Positions 17,927-26,569 of a stretch of DNA of 64,000 nucleotides are shown here, piece after piece. Position 1 is the stretch's first letter, and every line of letters starts with the position of its first letter. The notes under the pieces were generated by a model that was not told the DNA's origin, did not search any database, and was given only the letters and a program-made list of their open reading frames with translations. This stretch comes from an uncultured Gammaproteobacteria bacterium (GTDB lineage: Bacteria; Patescibacteriota; Microgenomatia; UBA12405): positions 86,729 to 150,728 of the forward strand of contig CAYXDV010000002.1 of the NCBI GenBank assembly GCA_964463925.1, given 5' to 3'. Made by a program: the position numbers and the translations under genes.

Positions 17927-18869
17927 TATTTTCCTCCAGCCACTTTTGCGAGTCTAGTGCAGCCCTACATCCATCGCCAGCACTAGTTATTGCCTGTTTA
18001 TACACTGAATCTACACAATCCCCAGCAGCAAAGACACCAGGGACATTGGTCATTGTTGGACATTCCAAATTGCTTCCAACTACAATATGTCCAGTTTCCT
18101 TCAGTTCTAACAAATCTTTTACAAAAGATGTCGCTGGATCACCACCAATTGCCACGAACAAACCATCTATTGGCAAATCCTTTTCTTCACTGTTTATCGA
18201 TTTTATTTTTAAACCTTCCAATTTGCTTTGGCCATAAACAGCAACTACTTGCGTATTCCAGATTATTTCAATTTTGGGATTCGACATTAACCTTTCCTGT
18301 TCTTTTGCTTTTGCTCGCAAACTATCTCTTCTATGGATTAAATATACTTTTTTTGCAAATCTGGTCAAAAAAACCGCCTCTTCCACAGCACTATCGCCCC
18401 CACCCACCACGGCTACTAATTTATCTTTAAAAAAAGCTCCATCACAAGTCGCACATCCAGAAACTCCATTTCCCATCAATCTTTCTTCACCTACCCCAAG
18501 CCACCTGGTATTGGCTCCTGTTGCAATTATCACCACTTTCGATCTTAGTTTTTCTCCTGACTGTAATTTTGTTTCCCAAACGCCGCGAGGGTTCATCTTA
18601 ATATTTTCAACCAAATCGTAAATTATTTTTGTTCCCAATTTTTCAGTCTGTTTTTGCATCTCCATCATCAGATCAAGACCATTAACCCCATCAGCAAAAC
18701 CTGGCCAATTCTCAACCTTGGTTGTTATTGTCAACTGCCCTCCAGGCCTATTGCCTGCAATTAATACTGTTTTTAGATTTGCCCTAACTTGATAAATTGC
18801 AGCTGTTAATCCAGCAGGGCCCGAGCCGACTATTAGGCAGTCAAAATCTACAGAGCTTAAATTTTCCAT
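17913..18869 (-). CDS. trxB: thioredoxin-disulfide reductase
   Basis: FAD motif DCLIVGSGPAGLTAAIY, redox CATCDG, and NADPH motif VVGGGDSAVEEA. Confidence 0.9.
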   Translation of the reverse strand: MENLSSVDFDCLIVGSGPAGLTAAIYQVRANLKTVLIAGNRPGGQLTITTKVENWPGFADGVNGLDLMMEMQKQTEKLGTKIIYDLVENIKMNPRGVWETKLQSGEKLRSKVVIIATGANTRWLGVGEERLMGNGVSGCATCDGAFFKDKLVAVVGGGDSAVEEAVFLTRFAKKVYLIHRRDSLRAKAKEQERLMSNPKIEIIWNTQVVAVYGQSKLEGLKIKSINSEEKDLPIDGLFVAIGGDPATSFVKDLLELKETGHIVVGSNLECPTMTNVPGVFAAGDCVDSVYKQAITSAGDGCRAALDSQKWLEENSVEG

Positions 18870-18872
18870 CCA

Positions 18873-20552
18873 CTATTTTAGCCTATTTAGCAAATGGTTT
18901 AAATGTATTTTTTTAAGTTTCTCGAATTTTCTGGGATCATTTTTTAACTTTTTTATTAACCCACTTGCATGTTTTGCCCCTAAATAGTGAGGCATTATTA
19001 CATAACCAGCTCCTGCCTCATATAATTTCTTTGCTTCTATTGTTGTGTGTGCCAAGCCAATAAACAATACCTTTTTTTTATTTTTGGATAAAAATTTACA
19101 CAGTAACTGATTCGTTTTTAAATCGGGAATTGTCGATACTACCAATTCTAGATTACTAGTTGGCAAGCTATCTAAAAATTCAATATCATCTGCATCTCCA
19201 TATCTTGCATCGATCTTTTTTTGCTTCAATCTAGTCACTGCCTGCGGATTAAAATCCACCACAAAGAATCTTTTCTCTAGATATTCAAACGATTTTACAA
19301 AATCTAATCCCACACGATCATAACCAAACAGGGCTGCCTGATATTTTATTCGGCTTCTAACATTATCCTTTTCTTCTGCTGGCCACAACTTGTTCAAAAA
19401 TGGTCGAATCCAGCCAAACAGACTCTCACTATAGTGCATTATGTAGCTGGAAATGCTAATTGTAACCAAAGCTACCAAAGCTACCAATCCAGTTTCTTCC
19501 CTCCCAACCTGACCCACTTGCCTACCTAAAGCCATCAAAATTAAAGAAAATTCACTAATTTGAGCCATACTAAATCCAGCAAAAACTCCAACTCGGTTTC
19601 CTTGTCCTGTAGCTCGTAAAACTAACCAAGTGATAACTGGACCACCTACTAATACAAACATTGACAAAACTAGCGCCAATGGCAGCCTGTGCTCCAAACC
19701 ACTTATTTCAATTTGTGTTCCTAATAAGACAAAAAATATGGCCAAAAACAAATCTCTCACCGGTTTTAGCCTGGAACTAATTTCCTCATTAAAATTACTT
19801 CCAGATACAGCTACGCCAGCCAATAAAGCCCCGATTTCCATCGAAAGTCCCAAAGCTGAAAACAAGCTGGCAACCCCAAGTCCCCAGCCAACCGCAAGTA
19901 AAAACAGTACCTCACCCCACCCCGCAGCCAATTTAAAAACAAGTGGAATTATCCAGTTAGATGCTATCAACAAAAACATTGCTAACCCGCAAATTTTTAC
20001 AATCATTAAAGCAAGTTGCCAATTGGTGTCTAAACCATTTTGCATGCTTCCGCTCATCGAAATTGCCAATAACACAATTGTGGCTACCAAATCCTGGACT
20101 AGTAAAATTCCAATTGCAATTTTCGCATAAAGTTTGTCCATGTCTTTTCTGTCAGAAAACGATTTAACAGCTACGATTGTGCTGCTAAAGGTCAAAGCCA
20201 AAGCCACATACAATGCTGGTATTGTTTTCATTCCCAAACCAAGCAACAATAGCCACCCAAAAGCTAAAGTAACAATAATCTGGCCACCTCCAGCAATTAC
20301 TGCCACCAGTCCTGTTTCTTTTAACAACTTAGGCTCCAAATGTAAACCAACCGCAAATAATAGAAAAGCAACTCCAATTTTTGAATATAGCTCTAATTCA
20401 TCGCCACGACCTACAACTTGTAACCAAGCAGGGCCAAGTAACATTCCAGACAATAAATATCCCACTAATGCTGGTTGTTTTAGCCAAGACACAATCAAAC
20501 CCATAATCCCAGCCACTAAAAAAATTACAGATAGCTGATAAAAAATTAGCAT
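18873..20552 (-). CDS. CPA2-family cation:proton antiporter with a C-terminal TrkA-N (KTN) domain (Kef-type)
   Basis: 559 aa. The N-terminus has about 12 TMs typical of Na+/H+ exchanger-type CPA2. The C-terminal Rossmann KTN domain has GYDRVGLDFVKSF. Confidence 0.85.
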   Translation of the reverse strand: MLIFYQLSVIFLVAGIMGLIVSWLKQPALVGYLLSGMLLGPAWLQVVGRGDELELYSKIGVAFLLFAVGLHLEPKLLKETGLVAVIAGGGQIIVTLAFGWLLLLGLGMKTIPALYVALALTFSSTIVAVKSFSDRKDMDKLYAKIAIGILLVQDLVATIVLLAISMSGSMQNGLDTNWQLALMIVKICGLAMFLLIASNWIIPLVFKLAAGWGEVLFLLAVGWGLGVASLFSALGLSMEIGALLAGVAVSGSNFNEEISSRLKPVRDLFLAIFFVLLGTQIEISGLEHRLPLALVLSMFVLVGGPVITWLVLRATGQGNRVGVFAGFSMAQISEFSLILMALGRQVGQVGREETGLVALVALVTISISSYIMHYSESLFGWIRPFLNKLWPAEEKDNVRSRIKYQAALFGYDRVGLDFVKSFEYLEKRFFVVDFNPQAVTRLKQKKIDARYGDADDIEFLDSLPTSNLELVVSTIPDLKTNQLLCKFLSKNKKKVLFIGLAHTTIEAKKLYEAGAGYVIMPHYLGAKHASGLIKKLKNDPRKFEKLKKIHLNHLLNRLK

Positions 20553-20557
20553 ATTCT

Positions 20558-21178
20558 ATGCTAACATGTCATATGGATCTGCCCATATCCTTCAATCAAA
20601 TTGGACTTAAAATCCTTTTTAATTTGTTGGGACATTTTTTAATCTTCATACACATCACAATTCTTATTGTGGCATTTCGCCAGTCATTTCAAACGGCTGA
20701 TTTTTTTGTATTTTTTTCATATTTACCAGTTTTGTCACTAACTTTAGTCTTCAGTTTGGTAATCATTAAACTATTTCCATTAGAAAATAGCGCTCATTTT
20801 GGTTTAATCTCTCTGATTTTTCTATCATTATTTCGTGATTTTCAATTTGGGGTTTTACTTTTGGCCTTTAGTCTAACCTTCTTTTTTCTAAAGACTTTTT
20901 TTGTTGAAAATCTTGAGCTAATTCAGCTCCAAATAGACTCTGCAAAGAAAACGCTAGAAAAAAAACAACTACAAACTTATTTTCAGAATCTTCTTGGTAT
21001 AAAATACTGGTCTTTTGTTTCCACTTTTAGTTTATTTTGGCTTTTATCCCTACTCTTTTTGGTTCACAGTTTACTACTTGGAGAAAAAGATTTTTATACA
21101 TTTCTTTTCGGACTCCTATCTGTTTTTCAGTTCTTGGTATTGTTGTTTTTTGTCCAGGAAAGAAAATTTAAAATTTAG
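20558..21178 (+). CDS. hypothetical membrane protein
   Basis: 206 aa with several hydrophobic helices, Phe/Leu-rich. Confidence 0.45.
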   Translation: MLTCHMDLPISFNQIGLKILFNLLGHFLIFIHITILIVAFRQSFQTADFFVFFSYLPVLSLTLVFSLVIIKLFPLENSAHFGLISLIFLSLFRDFQFGVLLLAFSLTFFFLKTFFVENLELIQLQIDSAKKTLEKKQLQTYFQNLLGIKYWSFVSTFSLFWLLSLLFLVHSLLLGEKDFYTFLFGLLSVFQFLVLLFFVQERKFKI

Positions 21179-21191
21179 TCGTAATATTATT

Positions 21192-21611
21192 ATGTTGGTT
21201 AGATATTTTTCTTTTTGTTTATTAATTTTAGCCATCTTCTCTTTATTGTCCCCACCAAAGACTTTTGCAACTTCAAACCCTATTCAAAAAATCATTTTAA
21301 AAAACCTTGAGAATCGTTACTCCCAACTGGAAAACAACGAACAAAAATTACTTTATAAGTTAAATCAAAGCACTGAACCAAGTCAGTTTGGCCAGATAAT
21401 CAGGCAAAAATTACAAGAAAATCAAGACCTAAAGCAAGGGTTCCAAGTGATCTTAAAACAATATTCCGAAGCTCCTAGTCTTTCCATTTATATTCAACTC
21501 CAATCGGACCTGAAGCAGTTACGGCAAAATCAACTTGATCTAATAAAAGTACTTTCAAATAAACAACAACCATCTGTCAAGCAGAGCAAAAAAACAGGCC
21601 AAAAAGATTGA
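21192..21611 (+). CDS. hypothetical secreted protein
   Basis: Internal Met start MLVRYFSFCLLILAIFSLLSPPKTFATS gives a signal peptide. The upstream extension in the ORF track overlaps the previous gene. TGA stop. Confidence 0.5.
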   Translation: MLVRYFSFCLLILAIFSLLSPPKTFATSNPIQKIILKNLENRYSQLENNEQKLLYKLNQSTEPSQFGQIIRQKLQENQDLKQGFQVILKQYSEAPSLSIYIQLQSDLKQLRQNQLDLIKVLSNKQQPSVKQSKKTGQKD

Positions 21612-21974
21612 TAAACCAATAACAACTATCCAGCGCTTTACCCAGATTTGTCTATAGTTATGTCCAACATGTTCATATCCAATCAGTCCTCCGATTATTC
21701 CAAGTAGTGCAAATCCAACCCACAGCCAGGAAAAATCCGCCCACAGCAACTCGCCATATTCATTCCATAGTCCATTCGTGCTTCTCGCTCTAATTATCCA
21801 ACTCTCGATCAATATTAACCCCAAACCCGATAGCAGAGAACAAAACAATACTAATCCCAGGACCATCGAGTGTTCTAACTTAAAAATATACACAGGTCTC
21901 ATATTTAGCCTCCCTGTTTCGATTTGCTCCATCACCTTCCTTTTAATATTATTCGACCTTCTTTCTTTATTCAT
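21555..21974 (-). CDS. membrane protein, probable anti-sigma factor (by position)
   Basis: 139 aa with an N-terminal cytoplasmic segment and several TMs. Its start overlaps the stop of the ECF sigma gene by 8 nt. Confidence 0.5.
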   Translation of the reverse strand: MNKERRSNNIKRKVMEQIETGRLNMRPVYIFKLEHSMVLGLVLFCSLLSGLGLILIESWIIRARSTNGLWNEYGELLWADFSWLWVGFALLGIIGGLIGYEHVGHNYRQIWVKRWIVVIGLSIFLACFFALLDRWLLFI

Positions 21975-22503
21975 TTTTTGTTAGTAATTCTTTTAATTTT
22001 TTCTTAGCTCTCATTAAAAGTACACCAGCTGTAGATACGGGAATCTGCAGAATATCAGATATTTCCTCATAACTTCTTTCTTCTAAATAATACAACAATA
22101 TGACTTCTCTATATTTCCAATCCATTTTTTTCAAGGCATTTTTTAATAAATCTTTTTCCACTTCTGCAATTGCTAAATCTTCCACACTCGTTTGTTTGCT
22201 AGCAAGCACTTCTTCTAAGTCATCAATATTTGCAGTCTTTTTCTGTGTTTTTAAAAAATCGACTCCAACATTATGAGCAATCCGATAAATCCAAGAAGAA
22301 AATTTCAACTTCAGATCAAAGCTAGCCAAATTTTTATATACTTTTATAAAAGTATCCTGAACCATATCTTCTATGGAAAGCTGGTCCCATCCAGTTAGTC
22401 TTCTTAGATAAAAATATATTTTTTTCTCGTATCTGTCCAATATCTCCCCATACAATCTTTTATCTCCTTTAATTATTTTGGCAACTATTTCTTCATCAGT
22501 CAC
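21967..22503 (-). CDS. RNA polymerase sigma-70 family, ECF subfamily
   Basis: Region 2 (YEKKIYFYLRRLTGWDQLSIEDMVQDTFIKVYKNLASFD...FSSWIYRIAHNVGVDFL) and region 4 (REVILLYYLEERSYEEISDILQIPVSTAGVLLMRAKKKL). Confidence 0.85.
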   Translation of the reverse strand: MTDEEIVAKIIKGDKRLYGEILDRYEKKIYFYLRRLTGWDQLSIEDMVQDTFIKVYKNLASFDLKLKFSSWIYRIAHNVGVDFLKTQKKTANIDDLEEVLASKQTSVEDLAIAEVEKDLLKNALKKMDWKYREVILLYYLEERSYEEISDILQIPVSTAGVLLMRAKKKLKELLTKNE

Positions 22504-22536
22504 TATCTATTATATCTATTAAAAACAGTTTTCCTG

Positions 22537-22608
22537 TGCCCCTAGCTGGAGTCGAACCAGCCTCAGTGGTTTCGGAAACCACTATTCTATCCACTAAACT
22601 ATAGGGGC
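22537..22608 (-). tRNA. tRNA-Arg (anticodon CCG)
   Basis: Hand-folded cloverleaf: acceptor GCCCCTA/TAGGGGC, anticodon stem GTGGT/ACCAC with loop TTCCGAA, T-arm GCTGG-TTCGACT-CCAGC, discriminator A. No encoded CCA. Confidence 0.8.
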
Positions 22609-22613
22609 CACGC

Positions 22614-23249
22614 CTATTTCACCTCAATCACGAGATCTTTCTCCAAAAACCTCACTTTAGAGTTTGTCGCAGATTGATCCTCGGCACTCCTATATCCCAA
22701 CGTAGCCACTACCGTACTGGCAACACCAAACTCAGACAGGCCCAATATTTCATCGAACTTCTCTTTGGCAAAACCTTCCATTGGACAGGCATCAATCTCA
22801 AGTAAAGCAGCAGACTCAAGTAGAAAACCTAAAGAAATGTATACTTGCTTATCCATCCAGGACTGAAGTTCAAATTCGCTTCTACCAAGTAAACCTAACA
22901 ACATTTGCTTATACCCAGCCAAACTTTCCACATTAGTTTTTCTAGTACTTGCAGTATTTTCTATATGCTTATCAATTACTGCCTCATCTAGTTTTTTAAG
23001 TCGACACAATACTACCAACTTATCTGCAGATACTATTTGTTCTTGGCCCCAGGCAGCCTCTTTTAGTTTTTCTCGAACTTCTTGATTCTCTACCACCACA
23101 AATTTCCATGGCTGTAGACCATAAGACGATGGCGCCAATCTGAGGCTATCCAACAAAGTCTGCCAGTTCTCTGTAGAAATTTTTCTATCTTTGTCAAATT
23201 TTTTGGTTGCGTAACGCCAATTTAAAGCGGTTGTGATTTGTTGGTTCAT
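22614..23249 (-). CDS. NAD(P)H nitroreductase family protein
   Basis: MNQQITTALNWRYATKKFD...LAPSSYGLQPWKFVVV is the typical nitroreductase N-terminus. Confidence 0.85.
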   Translation of the reverse strand: MNQQITTALNWRYATKKFDKDRKISTENWQTLLDSLRLAPSSYGLQPWKFVVVENQEVREKLKEAAWGQEQIVSADKLVVLCRLKKLDEAVIDKHIENTASTRKTNVESLAGYKQMLLGLLGRSEFELQSWMDKQVYISLGFLLESAALLEIDACPMEGFAKEKFDEILGLSEFGVASTVVATLGYRSAEDQSATNSKVRFLEKDLVIEVK

Positions 23250-23264
23250 ATGAAGAGAGTATAT

Positions 23265-24101
23265 CTAACCAACCCAAAAACTACCACTTGGTATTTTTTT
23301 AAGCGCTATTACCAACAACCACGACAAACCCAGTGTAAATAAAAAAAGAATTGGTGGTGTAAAAACAAGTAATCTTTCCAAAAATAACAAATGTATCAAA
23401 TAAATAGCATAACTATTTGCAGCCAAGCTGTTCACTAGATTGTTTTTGGGCCAACTTATGTTTCTAAAAAATGAAAATATTGCCGCACTAAAGACAATTA
23501 TCAACGGATTCAAATAATCCCAATACTGTTCAACCAACACACCTTTTTCTTTGCTACTAACAATAGTAATCACATAAAGCAGGATTATTGCGATTACTGC
23601 GACCCCCAGACTTTGCCTTTGTTTAAACTTCCATTGAGTTAAAAAATATCCAGCTAAAAAATACCCCCCATATCCGCCGATTTTACTTACGAATAAAACC
23701 AGAATTAACACTCCTAGAATCATGGTATTTGTTTTCCGAACAAACCATACAAATATTGGTGTCAAAAGATATAAAGGAATAATCATATACACAAACCAAA
23801 AATGATAATCATATGACTTGCTAAGTCTATATACGACCCACCACACTACAAAAGGCACAATCACCCTTAATATTTTTTTACCATAAAAATCTCGCCAGTT
23901 TTTATATTTTAAAATTGCCAGATATCCAGATATCATTACAAAGATTGGAACACAATTCCTAGCAATTGACATTACACCAAGCAATATCGCCCAACTAACA
24001 GGAGAGTCAAACATCTGACTCCTTAAAAAATTATGACTTGAGTGAACGGCTATCACCTCTAATATAGCTAAGCCTCTAAGCCAACTAATCCATTCAAGCA
24101 T
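23265..24101 (-). CDS. acyltransferase-3 family membrane protein
   Basis: 278 aa. Polytopic, with the AT3-like N-terminal pattern (AILEVIAVHSSHNF). Confidence 0.65.
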   Translation of the reverse strand: MLEWISWLRGLAILEVIAVHSSHNFLRSQMFDSPVSWAILLGVMSIARNCVPIFVMISGYLAILKYKNWRDFYGKKILRVIVPFVVWWVVYRLSKSYDYHFWFVYMIIPLYLLTPIFVWFVRKTNTMILGVLILVLFVSKIGGYGGYFLAGYFLTQWKFKQRQSLGVAVIAIILLYVITIVSSKEKGVLVEQYWDYLNPLIIVFSAAIFSFFRNISWPKNNLVNSLAANSYAIYLIHLLFLERLLVFTPPILFLFTLGLSWLLVIALKKIPSGSFWVG

Positions 24102-24461
24102 TTATTTTAAATATTCCCATGGCAGTTTAACCCAGCCAATTTTTATCAAAATAATCATTAGTAAAGTGTATAAAAATGTCATCGGGAAGTTTTCTTTTAT
24201 CATTTCACCCATTGTTTTTTCATTCACACCTTTCCACTGTAAAACTCCAAGATGCATCAATATAAACCCAAGTAAATTTGTAAGCCAATAAAAGATAACC
24301 AAAGATACTGTAAACCAGGACTTGTTTATACTTGCCATCAGGCTCGCAAAAAAATAAGCAATCGGGATATTTACAAACAGATCATTCCACCAAGATAATG
24401 GGGAAAGTACAAACCCAAGCGCAGCAACCACAGCTCCAACAATTTTCTTTTTTTTAAGCAT
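24102..24461 (-). CDS. small membrane protein (hypothetical)
   Basis: 119-aa ORF with 3-4 TMs. It abuts the previous gene. Confidence 0.45.
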   Translation of the reverse strand: MLKKKKIVGAVVAALGFVLSPLSWWNDLFVNIPIAYFFASLMASINKSWFTVSLVIFYWLTNLLGFILMHLGVLQWKGVNEKTMGEMIKENFPMTFLYTLLMIILIKIGWVKLPWEYLK

Positions 24462-24520
24462 GAATCAATTTTATCATCAACATATCCAAATAAAACCCGA
24501 AAACAGTATATACTTTTCCT

Positions 24521-25069
24521 ATGCCAAGCCCTGCTCTCTTATTTGTTGACACTGAAACTACCGGTACTTGCAGTAGGTATTCTCGGATCATCGAAATTGG
24601 CCTGATTCGTGTAGAAAAAAATCGTATTGTTGACACCTATTCTTCTTTAATTGACCCAGAAATAGATTTACCCCCATTCATCACTAAAATTACAGGTATA
24701 AATGATTATGAGTTAACCAGGGCACCTCAATTTGCGCAATCTTATCGTGACTTCAAATCATTGTTTTTCAATGCCATATTTGTTGCCCACAATGCTAGTT
24801 TTGATTATTCTTTTTTCTCTTCTGAATTGTCCCACTTAGAAGTTCCATTTTCCCTGCCCAAACTTTGTACAGTTCGTCTTTCCAGAAAACTTTATCCGCA
24901 GCACAAAAGCCACAGTCTAGATAGTTTAATTACTAGGCACAATTTAGAGGTAAACATCCGCCATCGAGCTCTGGCCGACGCCCATCTTTTGTGGCAGTGG
25001 TGGCAAATTGCCAAACAAGAACATGGTCCAAAAAAGTTCAATTCAGCTTGGCAAAAACTGGTATCATAG
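24521..25069 (+). CDS. DEDDh 3'-5' exonuclease (DNA polymerase III epsilon-like)
   Basis: Exo I LFVDTETTG, Exo II VAHNASFDYSF, Exo III RHRALADAHL. Confidence 0.85.
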   Translation: MPSPALLFVDTETTGTCSRYSRIIEIGLIRVEKNRIVDTYSSLIDPEIDLPPFITKITGINDYELTRAPQFAQSYRDFKSLFFNAIFVAHNASFDYSFFSSELSHLEVPFSLPKLCTVRLSRKLYPQHKSHSLDSLITRHNLEVNIRHRALADAHLLWQWWQIAKQEHGPKKFNSAWQKLVS

Positions 25070-25072
25070 GGG

Positions 25073-25552
25073 ATGAATATATCCCTCAAAAACGATCATT
25101 CCGGTTTTTTAGTTAAACTTGATTCTTTTTTCCAAACCTATCTAGTAGACAAAAGCCCCATCTCTCTTCCAGAATCATTCAAAGATTTTTTAGTACAGAT
25201 TTTACCAATCTTATCGCTAATCTTTGCAATTGTTTTGGTTCCCATCTTGTGTGCCAGTTTAGGTCTCAGTGCACTTTTTTCTCCACTGCGTTTTCTTTTC
25301 AATCTCAATCGACCAATTAGTAATATTTTTAGCCTACTCTCTTGGTTTTTATCTGCTATAAGTCTTTTTTTTGGCATTTTATCTATTTCCGGACTATTTC
25401 AACAAACCAAAAAGGGTTGGACCTATACCTATTACAACTTACTTCTCAATTTCCTAAATAGCTTTTTATTAGGGAATCTAACCAATGGCCTCTTTTCTAC
25501 CTTTTTGGGTCTCTACATCTTATATCAAATCAAAAATAGATATCAAAACTAG
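25073..25552 (+). CDS. hypothetical membrane protein
   Basis: 159-aa ORF with 4 hydrophobic helices. Confidence 0.45.
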   Translation: MNISLKNDHSGFLVKLDSFFQTYLVDKSPISLPESFKDFLVQILPILSLIFAIVLVPILCASLGLSALFSPLRFLFNLNRPISNIFSLLSWFLSAISLFFGILSISGLFQQTKKGWTYTYYNLLLNFLNSFLLGNLTNGLFSTFLGLYILYQIKNRYQN

Positions 25553-25577
25553 CACCAAAAATACTATACAATAACTC

Positions 25578-26090
25578 ATGTCTAAAATTATCTTATATGT
25601 TGCCAGCTCCTTAGATGGTTTTATCTCAGGTCCCAACGATGATGTGTCTTGGCAGGATACTTATAGTCAAGTAGATTATGGTTATAATGACTTTGTTTCT
25701 ACCGTAGGAGCTATAATTCTTGGGCGCCGTACTTTTGATTTAATTACCTCCAAATCTTCTTGGTCTTACCCCATACCCACCTTTGTTCTTACTAGCCGGG
25801 TTCTCAAGAATTCAAACAAGGATCTAAGTATTACTGCCGTTTCCAGTCCCCAAGAGGCCGCTAATCTAGCTCAAAAATCTACCAACCAAAACATCTGGCT
25901 AGTAGGAGGCCAAGACACTATTAAACAATTTCTAGACGCCAATCTGGTTGATGAGCTGGTGATTACCATAACTCCAGATCTCTTGGGCAGTGGCACCAAA
26001 CTTTTTGATTCTACCACCCAAAAGCTTCAGCTTATTCAAAGCATTACTTTAAATCAAGGGCTCGTCCAACTTACTTACCGTCCTGTCTAA
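25578..26090 (+). CDS. dihydrofolate reductase-like (RibD C-terminal domain family) protein
   Basis: MSKIILYVASSLDGFISGPNDDVSWQ...LGRRTF...VGGQDTIKQFLDANLVDEL matches the RibD_C/DHFR-like pattern. Confidence 0.75.
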   Translation: MSKIILYVASSLDGFISGPNDDVSWQDTYSQVDYGYNDFVSTVGAIILGRRTFDLITSKSSWSYPIPTFVLTSRVLKNSNKDLSITAVSSPQEAANLAQKSTNQNIWLVGGQDTIKQFLDANLVDELVITITPDLLGSGTKLFDSTTQKLQLIQSITLNQGLVQLTYRPV

Positions 26091-26510
26091 CTATTCTGTG
26101 GTTGTCCCATCAAAATGCTCGGGTTGGGATGTAGCCTCTACTTTAGTTTTTCTAACTGTCTGATCTTTATGTTCAGGTGGGGAATAAATTGTATATAGTT
26201 TTAAATCCCTGTCCCCAGTATTTATAACATTGTGTAAAGCTCCCGCTGGCACAATTACAGCTAAACCGTCAGTTACAGCGTGTTCTACGCCATCGATTTT
26301 TACAACTCCCTTTCCCGATTCAAATCTAAAAAATTGATCTACATCTTCGTGGATCTCTTCTCCAATTTCTTCGCCTGGATTTAAGCTAATTAAAACTAAT
26401 TGACTATATTTTCCAGTATACAAAACCTGTCTGAAATTATTATTAGCTTTTGTAAGTTCTTCTATATTAGAGATATATCCTTTCATAAATATAAAAATGT
26501 TAACAATCAA
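26091..26510 (-). CDS. cupin domain protein
   Basis: 139 aa. Cupin motifs around EIHEDVDQFFRFESGKG and GALHNVINTGDRDLKLYTIYSPP. Confidence 0.65.
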   Translation of the reverse strand: MIVNIFIFMKGYISNIEELTKANNNFRQVLYTGKYSQLVLISLNPGEEIGEEIHEDVDQFFRFESGKGVVKIDGVEHAVTDGLAVIVPAGALHNVINTGDRDLKLYTIYSPPEHKDQTVRKTKVEATSQPEHFDGTTTE

Positions 26511-26569
26511 TTATACACCTAACTTTTAGCAGTCATTGACACTATCTGCTAAAAGTTTTATACTTTGCC

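Noticed and set aside
21015-21191. N-terminal 59-aa extension of ORF 21015..21611
   Set aside because: The extension overlaps the preceding membrane-protein gene in another frame. An internal Met gives a clean signal peptide, so the shorter start at 21192 is preferred.
24454-24636. 60-aa minus-strand ORF
   Set aside because: It overlaps the 5' end of the well-supported epsilon-like exonuclease gene on the opposite strand and has no features.
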